In this document: one piece after another, positions 63,217 through 64,000 of the stretch
Numbering within the stretch: position 1 is the first letter of the stretch
Layout of the letters: each line of letters begins with the position of its first letter
From: a virus
Virus record (IMG/VR): IMGVR_UViG_3300042462_000689
DNA: 64,000 nucleotides
Strand: one strand, 5' to 3'
Position numbers and translations under genes: made by a program
Notes under the pieces: generated by a model
The model's input: the letters and a program-made list of their open reading frames with translations, nothing else
Told to the model about the DNA's origin: nothing
Databases searched by the model: none

Positions 63217-64000
63217 ATGCAAAACTCAGATCCGCACCCAAATCCCCCCAAGCGCAGGACAGCGCGACTCGTAAGATCCGTGGCCCCATGGGAGATCGAC
63301 ATTCTTTGTCAGGAGGTGGAGCAGGCCACCATGCTCCACTACTTCCAATGGACCACGCAGAAGCACATCGAATGGAAGACGCCGCTGGCCATGCGGTTCA
63401 CTGAGGCGGACATCCGTCGGCAGGTATTCGCGGGACGAGGCGACCCCAAGACCGTTCGAAAATGGCTCCGGGCCATGGTGGACGAGAACCTCATCACAAT
63501 CACCAAAGATCCATCCAAGTTCGTGAACGGGTATCCCGACCGAGCGAACTGGATCACTGTCAATATGGAGGAGGTCAATCGGCGGAAAAAGCTGTGGGAA
63601 AACAGGCAGTGGGATGCATGGAATCCAGAGAAAAACAGGCTGCGTCCATCCGGGAATTTTCCCGGATCGTTAGCAGGGGGGATCGTCGGGACAGAACGAC
63701 ACACCCAACAGGTTCAAAACTCCCAAATGGAGGGGGATTGTCCATCCGGGAAATTTCCCGCACTAACAGGATCATCAGAAACAGGAACAAAAAGATCCCT
63801 TCCTTACCTTCCCCCAAGTCCGCAACCGGAGACCATCCGGGATTCCCTCCCGGCGGAGCCGGGTCCCTCCCTTGAAAGAGAAGAATCTTTTTTGGGCAGA
63901 CCCGAAAGCAAAAGGAAAACCGGCAGCGTTAAGAATCTGGTCTGGAGGATCCACCTCGATCCGGTGCCGCAGGACAGCGACGCCCTTGTGACATTCTCCA
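63217..64000 (+). CDS. Replication initiator-like wHTH protein (3' truncated by window end)
   Basis: Hand-translated open frame from ATG 63217 to the end: MQNSDPHP...EADIRRQVFAGRGDPKTVRKWLRAMVDENLITI...RANWITVN, then low-complexity linker; absent from the ORF track because it has no stop. Confidence 0.6.
   Translation, partial: MQNSDPHPNPPKRRTARLVRSVAPWEIDILCQEVEQATMLHYFQWTTQKHIEWKTPLAMRFTEADIRRQVFAGRGDPKTVRKWLRAMVDENLITITKDPSKFVNGYPDRANWITVNMEEVNRRKKLWENRQWDAWNPEKNRLRPSGNFPGSLAGGIVGTERHTQQVQNSQMEGDCPSGKFPALTGSSETGTKRSLPYLPPSPQPETIRDSLPAEPGPSLEREESFLGRPESKRKTGSVKNLVWRIHLDPVPQDSDALVTFS
63645..63853 (+). repeat. Iteron-like repeats inside initiator gene
   Basis: CCATCCGGGA at 63646, 63742, 63833; first two extend to palindromes TCCGGGAA-TT-TTCCCGGA and CGGGAAATTTCCCG. 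Confidence 0.7.

Noticed and set aside
1-64000. Stop-codon reassignment or prophage boundaries
   Set aside because: Recognisable genes are full length under the standard code with TAA, TAG and TGA all used as stops; no integrase, att site or host housekeeping genes seen

Overview
The window is a 64-kb segment of a large, GC-rich dsDNA myovirus (contractile-tailed phage). No integrase, att site, tRNA or CRISPR array is visible. Positions ~0.1-30.7 kb (+) form a complete morphogenesis operon: prohead protease, scaffolds, decoration protein, major capsid, neck, sheath, tube, spike/hub, a -1 frameshifted tail chaperone, tape measure, baseplate, a Cys-repeat fibre and an embedded sigma factor. Positions ~30.7-36.6 kb hold three copies of a 34-bp promoter-like motif, each followed by strongly base-paired sequence, including a ~325-nt candidate ncRNA. 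Positions ~36.6-64 kb carry replication, recombination and accessory genes: GHKL ATPase, terminase (-), RNase H, a second sigma factor, SbcD/SbcC, two free-standing homing endonucleases, SF2 and DnaB helicases, Fic, an HD hydrolase and a truncated replication initiator with internal palindromic repeats. The best leads are a stand-alone Cas7/RAMP-like gene without any cas locus, several unannotated structured RNAs, a K-x-A(A/S/G) motif marking probable head proteins, and a GIY-YIG endonuclease that appears to have replaced the 3' end of sbcC. All family assignments come from motif recognition by eye; no searches were run.
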